NCBI GenBank assembly: GCA_963768305.1
Contig: CAVYHE010000010.1
Span: forward strand, 32,001 to 96,000
Direction: 5' to 3'
Length of the DNA: 64,000 bases
Origin: an uncultured bacterium
Lineage (GTDB): Bacteria; Margulisbacteria; WOR-1; CAVSGV01
Notes under the pieces: generated by a model
Databases searched by the model: none
The model's input: only the letters and a program-made list of their open reading frames with translations
Told to the model about the DNA's origin: nothing
Translations under genes and position numbers: made by a program
Part shown: piece after piece, positions 1-9,219 of the stretch
How positions within the stretch are numbered: position 1 is the first letter of the stretch
Layout of the letters: each line of letters opens with the position of its first letter

Positions 1-2
1 TA

Positions 3-155
3 GAGCCGATGTTGAATATCGGCGGATCGGATATAAGGACGCTGGATGACGGATGGACGGTAGTTACGGAGGACGGCAGTATTTCGGCCCATTTTGAGCA
101 CACGATCCTGGTGACAAAAGGGGTCCCGAAAATTCTAACGAGGCGGGATCAATAA
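3..155 (+). CDS. map: Methionine aminopeptidase, C-terminal fragment (truncated by window edge)
   Basis: Manual translation EPMLNIG...[23 protein letters not shown]; conserved position before infA. Confidence 0.93.
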   Translation, partial: EPMLNIGGSDIRTLDDGWTVVTEDGSISAHFEHTILVTKGVPKILTRRDQ

Positions 156-376
156 TGGTAAAGGATAAGGATGTAATAGAACTTGAAGGCGAAGTGACGG
201 AAGCGCTCCCGAACGCGCTCTTCAGGGTAAAGCTTGAGACCGGCCAGATGGTACTGGCGCATGTTTCCGGAAAAATAAGGAAGAATTTTATAAGGATACT
301 TCCGGGAGATAAGGTCAAGGTGGAGCTTTCTCCATATGATCTTACCCGCGGGCGGATCACTTTCAGGACAAAATAG
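155..376 (+). CDS. infA: Translation initiation factor IF-1
   Basis: [17 protein letters not shown]...[32 protein letters not shown]. Confidence 0.98.
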   Translation: MVKDKDVIELEGEVTEALPNALFRVKLETGQMVLAHVSGKIRKNFIRILPGDKVKVELSPYDLTRGRITFRTK

Positions 377-384
377 GAGGATAT

Positions 385-498
385 ATGAAAGTCAGGGCAT
401 CAGTTAAGAAGATATGCGACAGCTGCAAGGTGGTAAGGCGAAAAGGAAGGGTCCGTATCGTCTGCAAGAACCCGAAGCACAAACAGAGACAAGGTTAA
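385..498 (+). CDS. rpmJ: 50S ribosomal protein L36 (Zn-ribbon type), absent from ORF track
   Basis: Manual translation [44 protein letters not shown] upstream. Confidence 0.97.
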   Translation: MKVRASVKKICDSCKVVRRKGRVRIVCKNPKHKQRQG

Positions 499-515
499 AA
501 ACGGGGGTATAAAAA

Positions 516-902
516 ATGGTTCGAATCGCCGGAGTGGATCTGCCGTCCAATAAAAGGGCGGAAATTGGGCTTACATATGTATACGGTATAGGGAGGGCGC
601 TCGCGCTTGAGATACTGGACCGCGCGAAGATAGATCCCGGCCGCAAGATAAAGGACCTTACTGAATCCGATGTGGTGGCCATGAGGGATATCATAAAGGA
701 TTACATGGTGGAGGGAGATCTGCGCAAAGAAGTGCAGACGAACATCAAAAGGCTGATAGACATTGGCACATACAGAGGGCAGAGGCACAAAAAAGGGCTT
801 CCTGCCAGGGGTCAAAGGACAAGGACGAACGCGAGGACAAAAAGAGGCAAACGCAAGACCGTGGGTTCGGGGCATAAAAAAGAAGAGATCAAAAAGGAGT
901 AA
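516..902 (+). CDS. rpsM: 30S ribosomal protein S13
   Basis: [10 protein letters not shown]...GLTYVYGIG...[26 protein letters not shown]. Confidence 0.98.
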   Translation: MVRIAGVDLPSNKRAEIGLTYVYGIGRALALEILDRAKIDPGRKIKDLTESDVVAMRDIIKDYMVEGDLRKEVQTNIKRLIDIGTYRGQRHKKGLPARGQRTRTNARTKRGKRKTVGSGHKKEEIKKE

Positions 903-908
903 AATAAA

Positions 909-1298
909 ATGACAGCAGCACCGGCCAAGAAAAAGAAAGAAAAAAAACATGTGGCAAGCACGGGCATTGCGCATATAAAAGCGACGTTCAACAACACGAT
1001 AATATCCATAGCCGATAACGGGGGCAATGTTATTGCCTGGGGCTCTGCCGGGCACGCCGGGTTCAAGGGCACAAAAAAGGGAACTCCGTTCGCGGCTCAG
1101 CTCGCGGCCGAGAATGTGGCAAAAAAAGCTATGGAAGCAGGGGTCAGGGAAGTTAGCGTACTTGTAAAAGGGCCGGGAGCCGGGAGAGAAACGGCGATAA
1201 GAGCGCTTCAAGGCACTGGTCTTGAAATAAGCTCCATAAAGGACGTTTCTCCTATACCGCACAACGGCTGCAGACCAAGAAAAAAGAGAAGGGTTTAA
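909..1298 (+). CDS. rpsK: 30S ribosomal protein S11
   Basis: [10 protein letters not shown]...[14 protein letters not shown]...PIPHNGCRP. Confidence 0.98.
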   Translation: MTAAPAKKKKEKKHVASTGIAHIKATFNNTIISIADNGGNVIAWGSAGHAGFKGTKKGTPFAAQLAAENVAKKAMEAGVREVSVLVKGPGAGRETAIRALQGTGLEISSIKDVSPIPHNGCRPRKKRRV

Positions 1299-1308
1299 GG
1301 GGGAAAAT

Positions 1309-1929
1309 ATGGGGCGTCATACTAGTCCAGTTTGTAAATTGTGCCGGAGGGAAGGTAATAAGCTATTCCTTAAAGGGGACAAGTGCTTTTCCGAAAAATG
1401 TCCGGTAAAAAGGAGAGCATACCCGCCGGGTCAGCATGGGCAGACGCCGACAAAGTCGTCCGAATACAGCATCCGTCTGCGCGAAAAACAGAAAGCCAGG
1501 CGCATTTACGGAATATCCGAAAGGCAGTTCAAATCATATTTCGAAAAAGCGCTTACTTGGAAAGGCGTCACGGGAGAAAAACTCCTGGAGCTCCTTGAAA
1601 GGCGGCTGGATAATGTGGTCTACAGGCTGGGGTTTGCACCCTCGCGTTCGGAAGCAAGGCAGCTTGTTACGCACGGGCACGTTACGGTGAACGGTAAAAA
1701 GGTCAACATCCCTTCCTTTTCGGTTAAAAAGGAAGAGATCATCAAGATCAAAGAGGGTGTTGCCGCGAGGATAAGGGCTTATATCGAGAAGTCCGGAGAT
1801 AAAAAGCTTCCGGGGTGGCTTAGCATGAACGCGGCCTCGCTGGAAGGGAAGATAGAATCCATCCCGGAGAGGAAAGAGATAGGGGAGCCGATAACAGAGT
1901 CAATGATAGTAGAATTCTATTCAAGATAG
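1309..1929 (+). CDS. rpsD: 30S ribosomal protein S4 (Cys-containing N-terminus)
   Basis: CKLCRREG..LFLKG.KC, LREKQK, LERRLDNVVYRLG, IVEFYSR. Confidence 0.98.
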   Translation: MGRHTSPVCKLCRREGNKLFLKGDKCFSEKCPVKRRAYPPGQHGQTPTKSSEYSIRLREKQKARRIYGISERQFKSYFEKALTWKGVTGEKLLELLERRLDNVVYRLGFAPSRSEARQLVTHGHVTVNGKKVNIPSFSVKKEEIIKIKEGVAARIRAYIEKSGDKKLPGWLSMNAASLEGKIESIPERKEIGEPITESMIVEFYSR

Positions 1930-1942
1930 GGAGGTAATATAA

Positions 1943-2905
1943 ATGATAATGATCGGGGAAAAACCTTGGGTAAAATATGTTCCGCAGGGGGATAATTACG
2001 GCAAGTTCATAGTGGAGCCTCTTGAAAGGGGTTACGGCTCAACCCTGGGCAACGCACTGAGGCGCGTGCTTTTGTCCTCGCTTCCGAGTTCAGCTGTAAC
2101 AACAGTAAAGTTCGAAAATGTGCCGCATCAATTCTCAACGATACCGGGCGTTCTTGAAGATGTCCTTCAGATGATATTGAACATAAAGGGCATCATCATA
2201 AGGTCGCATTCCGACGAGCCGAAAATAATAACGCTTAAAGCAAAAGGCAAGGGCATCGTAAAGGCCGGCGACATCACGCATGATGCGGAGATCGAGATAA
2301 TCAACGGCGACCACGTGATAGCGAACCTTGAGAACAACGGGAAACTCAACATAGAGATGACCGTAGAAAAAGGGAAGGGATACGTCGTGGCTGAGAGGAA
2401 CAAAAAGCCGAACCAGGCAATAGGGACGATCCCAATCGACTCCATCTTTACTCCGGTCCTGAAAGTGAATGTCTCTACCGAAGAAGTGCGCGTGGGCCAG
2501 GAGATAAATTACGACAGGCTGATACTGGACGTCTGGACCAACGGGACGATCTCTCCGGAAGAAGCTGTTAAGGAAAGCGCAAAGATACTTGCTAGGCACG
2601 TGGACATGTTCGTGAACCTGGGCCAGCGCGCGGAATCGCTGGGAGTGGCTGTATCCGGCAAGGAAGATTCAAAAGAAACCATCCTGGAGATGAGCGTGGA
2701 TGACCTGGAGCTCTCGGCCAGAAGCTCCAACTGCCTTAAGAAAGCTGGAATAAAGACGGTGAGGGAGCTGGTCAAGTATTCTGAAATGGACCTCATGAAG
2801 ATAAAGAATTTCGGCGCGAAATCCGCGAAAGAGGTAATTGAAAAGCTCCAGGAGTACAAACTGGGTATGAATCGTACCAGAAGAAAGGTCCGGAGGAAAA
2901 AGTGA
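1943..2905 (+). CDS. rpoA: RNA polymerase alpha subunit
   Basis: EPLERGYGSTLGNALRRVLLSS; alpha-CTD LELSARSSNCL, IKNFGAKS. Confidence 0.98.
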   Translation: MIMIGEKPWVKYVPQGDNYGKFIVEPLERGYGSTLGNALRRVLLSSLPSSAVTTVKFENVPHQFSTIPGVLEDVLQMILNIKGIIIRSHSDEPKIITLKAKGKGIVKAGDITHDAEIEIINGDHVIANLENNGKLNIEMTVEKGKGYVVAERNKKPNQAIGTIPIDSIFTPVLKVNVSTEEVRVGQEINYDRLILDVWTNGTISPEEAVKESAKILARHVDMFVNLGQRAESLGVAVSGKEDSKETILEMSVDDLELSARSSNCLKKAGIKTVRELVKYSEMDLMKIKNFGAKSAKEVIEKLQEYKLGMNRTRRKVRRKK

Positions 2906-3252
2906 GACACAGGAATAAGAACAGAAAACTTAGCAGGCCTACCGACCAGAGGATAGCGCTCTTAAGGAGCATGGTTATATCGCTCCTTCAGCACGGTAGG
3001 ATTGAAGTGACGGTAACCCGCGCGAAAGAAGCCAGAAAAATGGCAGAGAAGATAATCACGCTCTCAAAATACGGCGATATCGCATCCAGAAGGAAGGCGT
3101 TCAGCCTCTTAAGGGACAGGGACCTCATAAAGAAGATATTCACGGAATTCCCTGTGAGATTCGAAGGACGGGCTGGCGGGTACACCAGGATAATAAGGGT
3201 CGGATCGAACCGGGGCGACAATGCTCCGAAAGCGTATTTAGAACTTGTTTGA
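2902..3252 (+). CDS. rplQ: 50S ribosomal protein L17
   Basis: MRHR...KLSR..DQRIALLR; R.GGYTRII; RGDNAP. Confidence 0.98.
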   Translation: MRHRNKNRKLSRPTDQRIALLRSMVISLLQHGRIEVTVTRAKEARKMAEKIITLSKYGDIASRRKAFSLLRDRDLIKKIFTEFPVRFEGRAGGYTRIIRVGSNRGDNAPKAYLELV

Positions 3253-4013
3253 AAAACATTAAGATCGTTTTCAGCTACGACGGTAGCCTGTTCTTTGGGT
3301 CGCAGGAGCAAAGCGGCAAAAGGACCGTCCAGGAAGATCTGCAGCTTGCGATACAAAAGCTGACGGGCGAAAAGGTAAAAATGACATTAGCGGGCAGGAC
3401 CGACAGAGGCGTCCACGCTTTTTCGCAGGCCGCCAATTTTCAGACAGGTTCTTCCATTCCTGCGGAAAGGTTCGCGTACGCGTTGAACGGCAAGCTTGAT
3501 GACGGTATAACGGTCATAAGCTCCGAAGAGGCAAAAAAAGCTTTCAGCGCGAGAAGGAACGCGAAGACCAGAGAATACCTGTATTATGTTTTTAATGGTG
3601 AGCATCTGCCCGTTATGTTCCGGGGCAGAGCCCATCATGTAACGAAATCCCTGGACATGAAGAAAATGGCGGAAGCCGCGAAAGTTATAAAGGGTAAGCA
3701 TGATTTCAGGAATTTTTGCGCGGCGGGCGGCAGCCATACAAGCAGCATAAGATGCGTCCATGTCCTGGATATAGGGATAGTCGGGGACGATCTTATGAAA
3801 GAATCGGGATTGCCGGGCAGCTTGATCCGCTTCCGGATAGTTGCAGGGTCGTTCTTGTATAAAATGGTCAGGTTCATTGTCTCGACGCTTCTGGAAGTGG
3901 GAATGGGAAAAATGAGCGTCGAAACTGTGAAAAAAATTATCAAAGGCGATCTAAATGTCCAGCGCACGGTCGTTCCGTCTTGCGGGCTATACTTAAATAA
4001 GGTAAAATATTGA
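3249..4013 (+). CDS. truA: tRNA pseudouridine(38-40) synthase
   Basis: SYDGS.F.G.Q, AGRTDRGVHA, HDFRNF, FLYKMVR, GLYL..V.Y. Confidence 0.96.
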   Translation: MKNIKIVFSYDGSLFFGSQEQSGKRTVQEDLQLAIQKLTGEKVKMTLAGRTDRGVHAFSQAANFQTGSSIPAERFAYALNGKLDDGITVISSEEAKKAFSARRNAKTREYLYYVFNGEHLPVMFRGRAHHVTKSLDMKKMAEAAKVIKGKHDFRNFCAAGGSHTSSIRCVHVLDIGIVGDDLMKESGLPGSLIRFRIVAGSFLYKMVRFIVSTLLEVGMGKMSVETVKKIIKGDLNVQRTVVPSCGLYLNKVKY

Positions 4014-4014
4014 C

Positions 4015-4452
4015 ATGAAAAGAACAAGGACATATACGGCGAAAGCCTCGGAAATAAAGAGAAAATGGTTCCTAGTGGACGCCAAGGGAAAGACGCTTGG
4101 CCGCATTGCCACAAGGATCTCCAATATACTTATGGGAAAGAGGAAAGTGAATTTCACTCCTCATATGGACCTCGGGGATTTTGTCGTCCTGATAAACGCG
4201 GCGGAAGTTGCCGTGTCGGGGAACAAAGAAACACAGAAGACCTATTTCTCCCATTCGGGATATCCAGGGGGCGACAAGCTTTTAAATTTCGCGCATCTGA
4301 TAAAGCGCCAGCCGGAGCGCATCATAAGGCAGGCAGTGTGGGGAATGCTTCCGCAGAACAGACTGGGGAAAGCAATGCTGAAAAAACTTAAAATATTTGC
4401 AGGCTCAAAGCATGAGCATATCGCTCAACAGCCGGAAATTTTAGAGATATAA
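4015..4452 (+). CDS. rplM: 50S ribosomal protein L13
   Basis: RKWFLVDA.G..LGRIA; FTPH.D.GDFVV; HSGYPGG; GMLP.N.LG. Confidence 0.98.
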   Translation: MKRTRTYTAKASEIKRKWFLVDAKGKTLGRIATRISNILMGKRKVNFTPHMDLGDFVVLINAAEVAVSGNKETQKTYFSHSGYPGGDKLLNFAHLIKRQPERIIRQAVWGMLPQNRLGKAMLKKLKIFAGSKHEHIAQQPEILEI

Positions 4453-4461
4453 GGGGACAAA

Positions 4462-5079
4462 ATGAAAAAAGAAGAAACAAAAAAAGGAAGTAAAGAAATC
4501 AAAAAGAAAGCCGCTCCAGCTGTAAAGAAAGCGGCGCCAAAGATCAAGAAATCCGCAGAACATGAAGCAAAACCAAAACACTTGCACGCGGCAGCAGTAA
4601 TACCCGAAACGCATAAAGTCGAGCGTCATGACAAACCGCGTTCACCCGAAGAGCATAAGCCGGCGCATTTTAAAAAGAAACCTGCAAAAAACGTCCAATA
4701 TCACGGGACTGGCGGAAGGAAAACTTCCATTGCCAGGGTCTGGATGTCAAAAGGCAGCGGGCATTTCAATATAAACGGGAAGCCTCTTGAGGATTATATC
4801 TGCGGAAGAAAACTATTATTAAAAGTAGCCATGGACCCGTTTGTTGCCACAAATACCGTTGGCAAGTACGATACTTACGCGAACGCGAACGGCGGAGGGA
4901 TATGCTCTCAGGTAGGGGCTATAAGGGAGGCCGTTTCGGAAGCGATGATGCAGGAAAACCCGGGATTCAGGGCAGTGCTAAAGAAGTCAGGATTCTTGAC
5001 AAGGGATCCCAGAATGAAAGAAAGAAAGAAATACGGGCAGAAGAGAGCAAGAAAGAGATTCCAATTCTCCAAGAGATAG
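4462..5079 (+). CDS. rpsI: 30S ribosomal protein S9 with ~75-aa basic N-terminal extension
   Basis: GTGGRKTSIARV; LTRDPRMKERKKYGQKRARKRFQFSKR. Confidence 0.96.
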   Translation: MKKEETKKGSKEIKKKAAPAVKKAAPKIKKSAEHEAKPKHLHAAAVIPETHKVERHDKPRSPEEHKPAHFKKKPAKNVQYHGTGGRKTSIARVWMSKGSGHFNINGKPLEDYICGRKLLLKVAMDPFVATNTVGKYDTYANANGGGICSQVGAIREAVSEAMMQENPGFRAVLKKSGFLTRDPRMKERKKYGQKRARKRFQFSKR

Positions 5080-5091
5080 AAAGGGCATCTT

Positions 5092-5634
5092 GTGGGCCAG
5101 AGATCCGATAACGGCGGCGGAAAAAATCACAGTGAACATTACGAGGCTGGTAGAGGCAGCGAGTACCTCCGCGATCCTTATATCCCTCCAAAGGGTTTCA
5201 GCGAGCATAATATTTGCCCTGTCTGCAATGCCGTTTATCACAAAAAACACTGGTCTTTCGATCCGGCTATCGTTCATGAAGCCAGAAAAGATAAGAACTC
5301 AGCGTCCGAAAAGTGCCCCGCGTGCAGGAAAGTGGAAGATAAATATGCGATGGGCAAGGTGTTCCTGTCCGGCACATTCATAAATGAGCATATGGATGAG
5401 CTTATAAGCATCATAAAAAGCGAAGAGCGCCGAGCAAAAGAGAACAATCCCCTTGACAGGCTTATTTTGATCGAGAAACGCGACGGAGGCATTTATGCTG
5501 AGACCACATCCGATGCCCTGGCAATGAGGATAGGGCATCATCTTAAAGAATCTTACAAGGGCGGGAACGAGAATTTTAAGTTCCGCCGCGGTGACAAGTT
5601 CGTGGAAGTCCATTGGCAGAGAGAAGTTTTATAA
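5092..5634 (+). CDS. BCAM0308-family (NMD3-like) Zn-binding protein
   Basis: DPY...CPVCNAVY...W...CPACRK..D...G.V.LSG; E......PL.RL; T....LA.RIG..L...Y.G; C-terminal V.W.R. Confidence 0.75.
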   Translation: MGQRSDNGGGKNHSEHYEAGRGSEYLRDPYIPPKGFSEHNICPVCNAVYHKKHWSFDPAIVHEARKDKNSASEKCPACRKVEDKYAMGKVFLSGTFINEHMDELISIIKSEERRAKENNPLDRLILIEKRDGGIYAETTSDALAMRIGHHLKESYKGGNENFKFRRGDKFVEVHWQREVL

Positions 5635-5657
5635 AATAAAGAGAAAGGAGAATTAAG

Positions 5658-6803
5658 ATGATATCAAAGCAATATCTTCTTATCCCGGGCCCGACCCAAG
5701 TTCCGCCGGAGGTGCTGTCCGCGCTAAGCCATCCAATGATAAACCACAGGAGCGCCGATTTTAAGTCCGTCATGACCGAGGTAACGGAGGGCTTGAAATG
5801 GGCGTATCAGACAAAGAACGACGTCCTTATCCTTACCGCTTCCGGGACTGGAGCTATGGAAGCGTCCTTAGTGAACATTCTGTCCCCGGGCGACAAGGTC
5901 CTGATCCTGAATGTCGGAGCTTTTGGATCGAGGTTCGTTAAGATCGCGAAAACTTACGGCTTGAATGTCGACGAGATGAAGATCGAAAGGGGAAAGGCCG
6001 TAGATCCGAAGGATGTTGAAAACAAGCTGAAAGCTGACAAGAACAAGGAGATAAAAGCTGTCATTTTCCAGCAGAACGAAACATCAACAGGCATTTTGAA
6101 CGATGTAAAAACCATAGCTTCGATCACCAGTGACCATGGGGCGCTTTCAGTGGTTGATGCCGTTTCCGGGCTCCTCACAGCCGACATCAGGACCGACGAG
6201 TGGGGGCTGGATGTCGTGGCTGCCGGTTCACAAAAAGCTTTTATGGTGCCGCCGGGATTGTCATTCGTGAGCATGTCAGAAAGAGCCTGGAAAGCGTATG
6301 AAACGGCGAAGATCCCGAGGTTCTACTTTGATCTCGGCGCGGCAAGAAAATTCGCGCAGACGGGCGAAACGCCTTGGACGCCGTGCCTTACCATTGCGTT
6401 CGGGCTTCAGGTCGCGTTCAGGATGCTGAAAGCCGAAGGACTTGAAAATATTTTCAAACGGCATGAAAAGCTCTCAAAAGCCGTAAGGGCCGGCGTAAAG
6501 GCTTTGGGATTCGGTCTGCTCGCCGAAGACAAGAATGCTTCAAAAGCGGTCACCGCAGTGGTTCCTCCGGCGGGGATCGATGCCGAAGTAATTAGAAAAG
6601 CGGTAAGGGAGCAATATGGCGTCGTTCTTGCGGGCGGACAGGAGGACCTGAAAGGCAAGATATTCAGGATAGGTCATCTTGGTTATGCGGATAAAATGGA
6701 CGTGGTGACCGCATTTTCCGCTCTGGAGATGGTCGCTTCGCAGATGGGAGCGGCGGTCAAAATGGGCCACGCTGTTGCCGCGGTGGAGGAAGCCTTAAAA
6801 TGA
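5658..6803 (+). CDS. Class V PLP aminotransferase (alanine-glyoxylate/serine-pyruvate family; probable phosphoserine aminotransferase role given serA linkage)
   Basis: LLIPGPT, HRS, NETSTG, VDAVS, GSQKA..PPG, FRIGHLG. Confidence 0.9.
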   Translation: MISKQYLLIPGPTQVPPEVLSALSHPMINHRSADFKSVMTEVTEGLKWAYQTKNDVLILTASGTGAMEASLVNILSPGDKVLILNVGAFGSRFVKIAKTYGLNVDEMKIERGKAVDPKDVENKLKADKNKEIKAVIFQQNETSTGILNDVKTIASITSDHGALSVVDAVSGLLTADIRTDEWGLDVVAAGSQKAFMVPPGLSFVSMSERAWKAYETAKIPRFYFDLGAARKFAQTGETPWTPCLTIAFGLQVAFRMLKAEGLENIFKRHEKLSKAVRAGVKALGFGLLAEDKNASKAVTAVVPPAGIDAEVIRKAVREQYGVVLAGGQEDLKGKIFRIGHLGYADKMDVVTAFSALEMVASQMGAAVKMGHAVAAVEEALK

Positions 6804-8380
6804 AAGTACTTGCAAGCGATAAGATCGCCGAAAGCGGATTAAAAAAACTCAGGGACGCGGGCTTCGAAGTTGACATGAAGACCGGCCTTCCGGAAGATGA
6901 GCTTGTCAAGATAATCCCCCAGTATGACGCGCTTGTCGTTAGAAGCGAGACAAAAGTGACCCCGAAGATAATAGAAGCCGGGAAAAAGCTGAAGATAATC
7001 GCGAGAGCAGGGGTCGGCGTGGATAATGTTGATCTCCCAAGCGCCACAAAGAAAGGCATCATCGTTGTTAATTCTCCGGAAGGCAACACAATCGCTGCGG
7101 CTGAGCACACATGGGCGATGCTACTTGCAATGTCCCGCAATATCCCGCTGGCGCAGGCATCGCTGCGGGCCGGAAAGTGGGAAAGGTCAAAATTCACGGG
7201 CGTAGAGGTCTATGGTAAAACCCTTGGTATCCTTGGACTTGGTAAGATAGGAAGCCATGTAGCGAACTATGCGCTTGCTTTTGGCATGAAAGTTGTTGCA
7301 TACGATCCATTCATTTCAAAAGAGTATGCTGACAAGATCGGCGTTGAGCTTAAAGATCTGGATTCTGTCATAAAAGAAGCCGATTACATCACTTTGCATT
7401 TGCCAAAAAACAAGGAAACGGCAAACCTCATCAATATGGACAAAATAAAGATGATGAAAGACGGTGTAAGAATTGTGAATTGCGCGAGAGGCGGAGTGAT
7501 AAATGAGGCTGATCTTGCGGAAGCGCTTAAGTCCAAGAAAGTCGCAGCTGCAGCTATTGATGTGTTCGACAAAGAGCCGCCGGAGCCGACAAATCCGCTT
7601 CTTTCTCTTGATAATGCTGTGACCGTTCCTCACCTCGGTGCAGCAACAGTGGAAGCTCAGGTTAACGTTGCTATCGATGTTGTTGAACAGATCATCGAAG
7701 TTCTTAAAGGCGGATCAGCGAGGGCTGCCGTCAACATACCGTCCATGAAACCTGAAATTCTTTCTGCAGTTGCTTCCTACATGAAGCTTGCCGAGAAAAT
7801 GGGGAAGCTTGCCGGGCAGATAGCTGACGGCGCGATCAAAGAGATAAAGATCGGTTATTTTGGCGAGATAGGGGGAAAGGATACATCTCCCCTTACGATC
7901 GCTGTTCTAAAAGGAGTTCTTGAGACCGCAATGGAGGAAGGAGTTAACTTTGTCAATGCTTCTATCGTGGCCAAGGATCGGGGAATAAATATAACTGAGA
8001 CAAAAAGCACCGAATGTTTTGATTTTGCTAACAAAATATCCGTTTCTGTCGGGGCGGACGACAAGAAGAGGAAGGTTGAAGGTTCACTTTTTGCCACGAT
8101 CGGTGAAAGAATAGTCGGCATCGACGGCTTCAGCGTGGACGCTATTCCGTCGGGATATCTTATTATCGCCTCAAATACTGATAAGCCGGGCATTATCGGG
8201 CATGTCGGGACCGTGCTTGGAAAGAACAACATAAATATCGCCGGCATGGAAGTGGGGAGGAACAAGCCGGGAGAGAAAGCGGTCATGATATTAAATGTTG
8301 ACATCCCAACCCCCGACAAGGTCCTTAAAGAACTTGAAAAGATAGAAGGCATCCAGTCCGCTAAATTAGTTTCATTATGA
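6800..8380 (+). CDS. serA: D-3-phosphoglycerate dehydrogenase (long form with ASB and ACT domains)
   Basis: VRSETKV, RAGVGVDNVD, GLGKIG, NCARGG, PHLGAAT.EAQ, DKPGIIG. Confidence 0.97.
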   Translation: MKVLASDKIAESGLKKLRDAGFEVDMKTGLPEDELVKIIPQYDALVVRSETKVTPKIIEAGKKLKIIARAGVGVDNVDLPSATKKGIIVVNSPEGNTIAAAEHTWAMLLAMSRNIPLAQASLRAGKWERSKFTGVEVYGKTLGILGLGKIGSHVANYALAFGMKVVAYDPFISKEYADKIGVELKDLDSVIKEADYITLHLPKNKETANLINMDKIKMMKDGVRIVNCARGGVINEADLAEALKSKKVAAAAIDVFDKEPPEPTNPLLSLDNAVTVPHLGAATVEAQVNVAIDVVEQIIEVLKGGSARAAVNIPSMKPEILSAVASYMKLAEKMGKLAGQIADGAIKEIKIGYFGEIGGKDTSPLTIAVLKGVLETAMEEGVNFVNASIVAKDRGINITETKSTECFDFANKISVSVGADDKKRKVEGSLFATIGERIVGIDGFSVDAIPSGYLIIASNTDKPGIIGHVGTVLGKNNINIAGMEVGRNKPGEKAVMILNVDIPTPDKVLKELEKIEGIQSAKLVSL

Positions 8381-9219
8381 CCGAATCCCCTTTAGAAACC
8401 GGTGTTCAGAAAGTTACCGGCCTCATTAAGCAGGTCTTTGGGATATCCCATAAGGTCGGGCTTGTGCTCGGCGGAGGCGCTGCAAGAGGAGAAGCCCACA
8501 TTGGCGTCTTAAAGGTCCTCGTCGAAAATAAGATCCCCATACATTTTATTTCAGGCTCATCTTCCGGCGCGCTTTTCGGTGCGCTTTTTTCAGGAGGGAT
8601 GAATCCCTACGACATGGCAAAACAGGCAAGCCATACCGACTGGATGCGGCTAGTTAAATTCAGGCTTTCTTTGTCGGGACCGGTCTCGGGAGAGGGCATC
8701 GAGAAGCTCATTATCGATTCCATCGGCAATAAGAACATCGAGGACCTGCGCATACCGCTCAACATCATAGCGACCGACCTCAAAACAGGTGAGCGCGTCG
8801 TAATTAAAAATGGGAATGTCGCGAAAGCCGTCCATGCAAGTTCGGCCATCCCGGGTGTTTTCTCCCCGGTCCAGTTCCAGGGAAGATTGCTGGCAGATGC
8901 GCTTATAGTTGATAATGTGCCGGTTCAGGCGGTTAAAGATATGGGAGCGGATTTCATAATAGCGGTCGATGTTGTTCCGAACGTCATATTGAACGGCTGG
9001 TCGCCGAATGTGTTGAATGTGATAGAGCGCGCGTTGGACATAAGCTGCAGAAAGATGTCGGAAACGGCGAAGAAGACCGCGGACATAGTTATCGATCCTG
9101 TTGAAGAGAATATCTCCGGCTGGTCGCTTGACATGGTGGACCGCCTCATAAAGCTTGGCGAAGATGCCGCCAATAAAGCGCTTCCGCAGATCAAGGCGAA
9201 GCTTAATATTTCAGATTAA
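8377..9219 (+). CDS. Patatin-like phospholipase (RssA/NTE family)
   Basis: GLVLGGGAARG.AHIGV, GSSSG nucleophile, ASSAIPGVF.PV, DAL in place of DGG. Confidence 0.9.
   Translation: MTESPLETGVQKVTGLIKQVFGISHKVGLVLGGGAARGEAHIGVLKVLVENKIPIHFISGSSSGALFGALFSGGMNPYDMAKQASHTDWMRLVKFRLSLSGPVSGEGIEKLIIDSIGNKNIEDLRIPLNIIATDLKTGERVVIKNGNVAKAVHASSAIPGVFSPVQFQGRLLADALIVDNVPVQAVKDMGADFIIAVDVVPNVILNGWSPNVLNVIERALDISCRKMSETAKKTADIVIDPVEENISGWSLDMVDRLIKLGEDAANKALPQIKAKLNISD

Noticed and set aside
2875..2905. Arg/Lys-rich C-terminal tail of RpoA
   Set aside because: May be an indel artefact in the last codons; cannot be supported.
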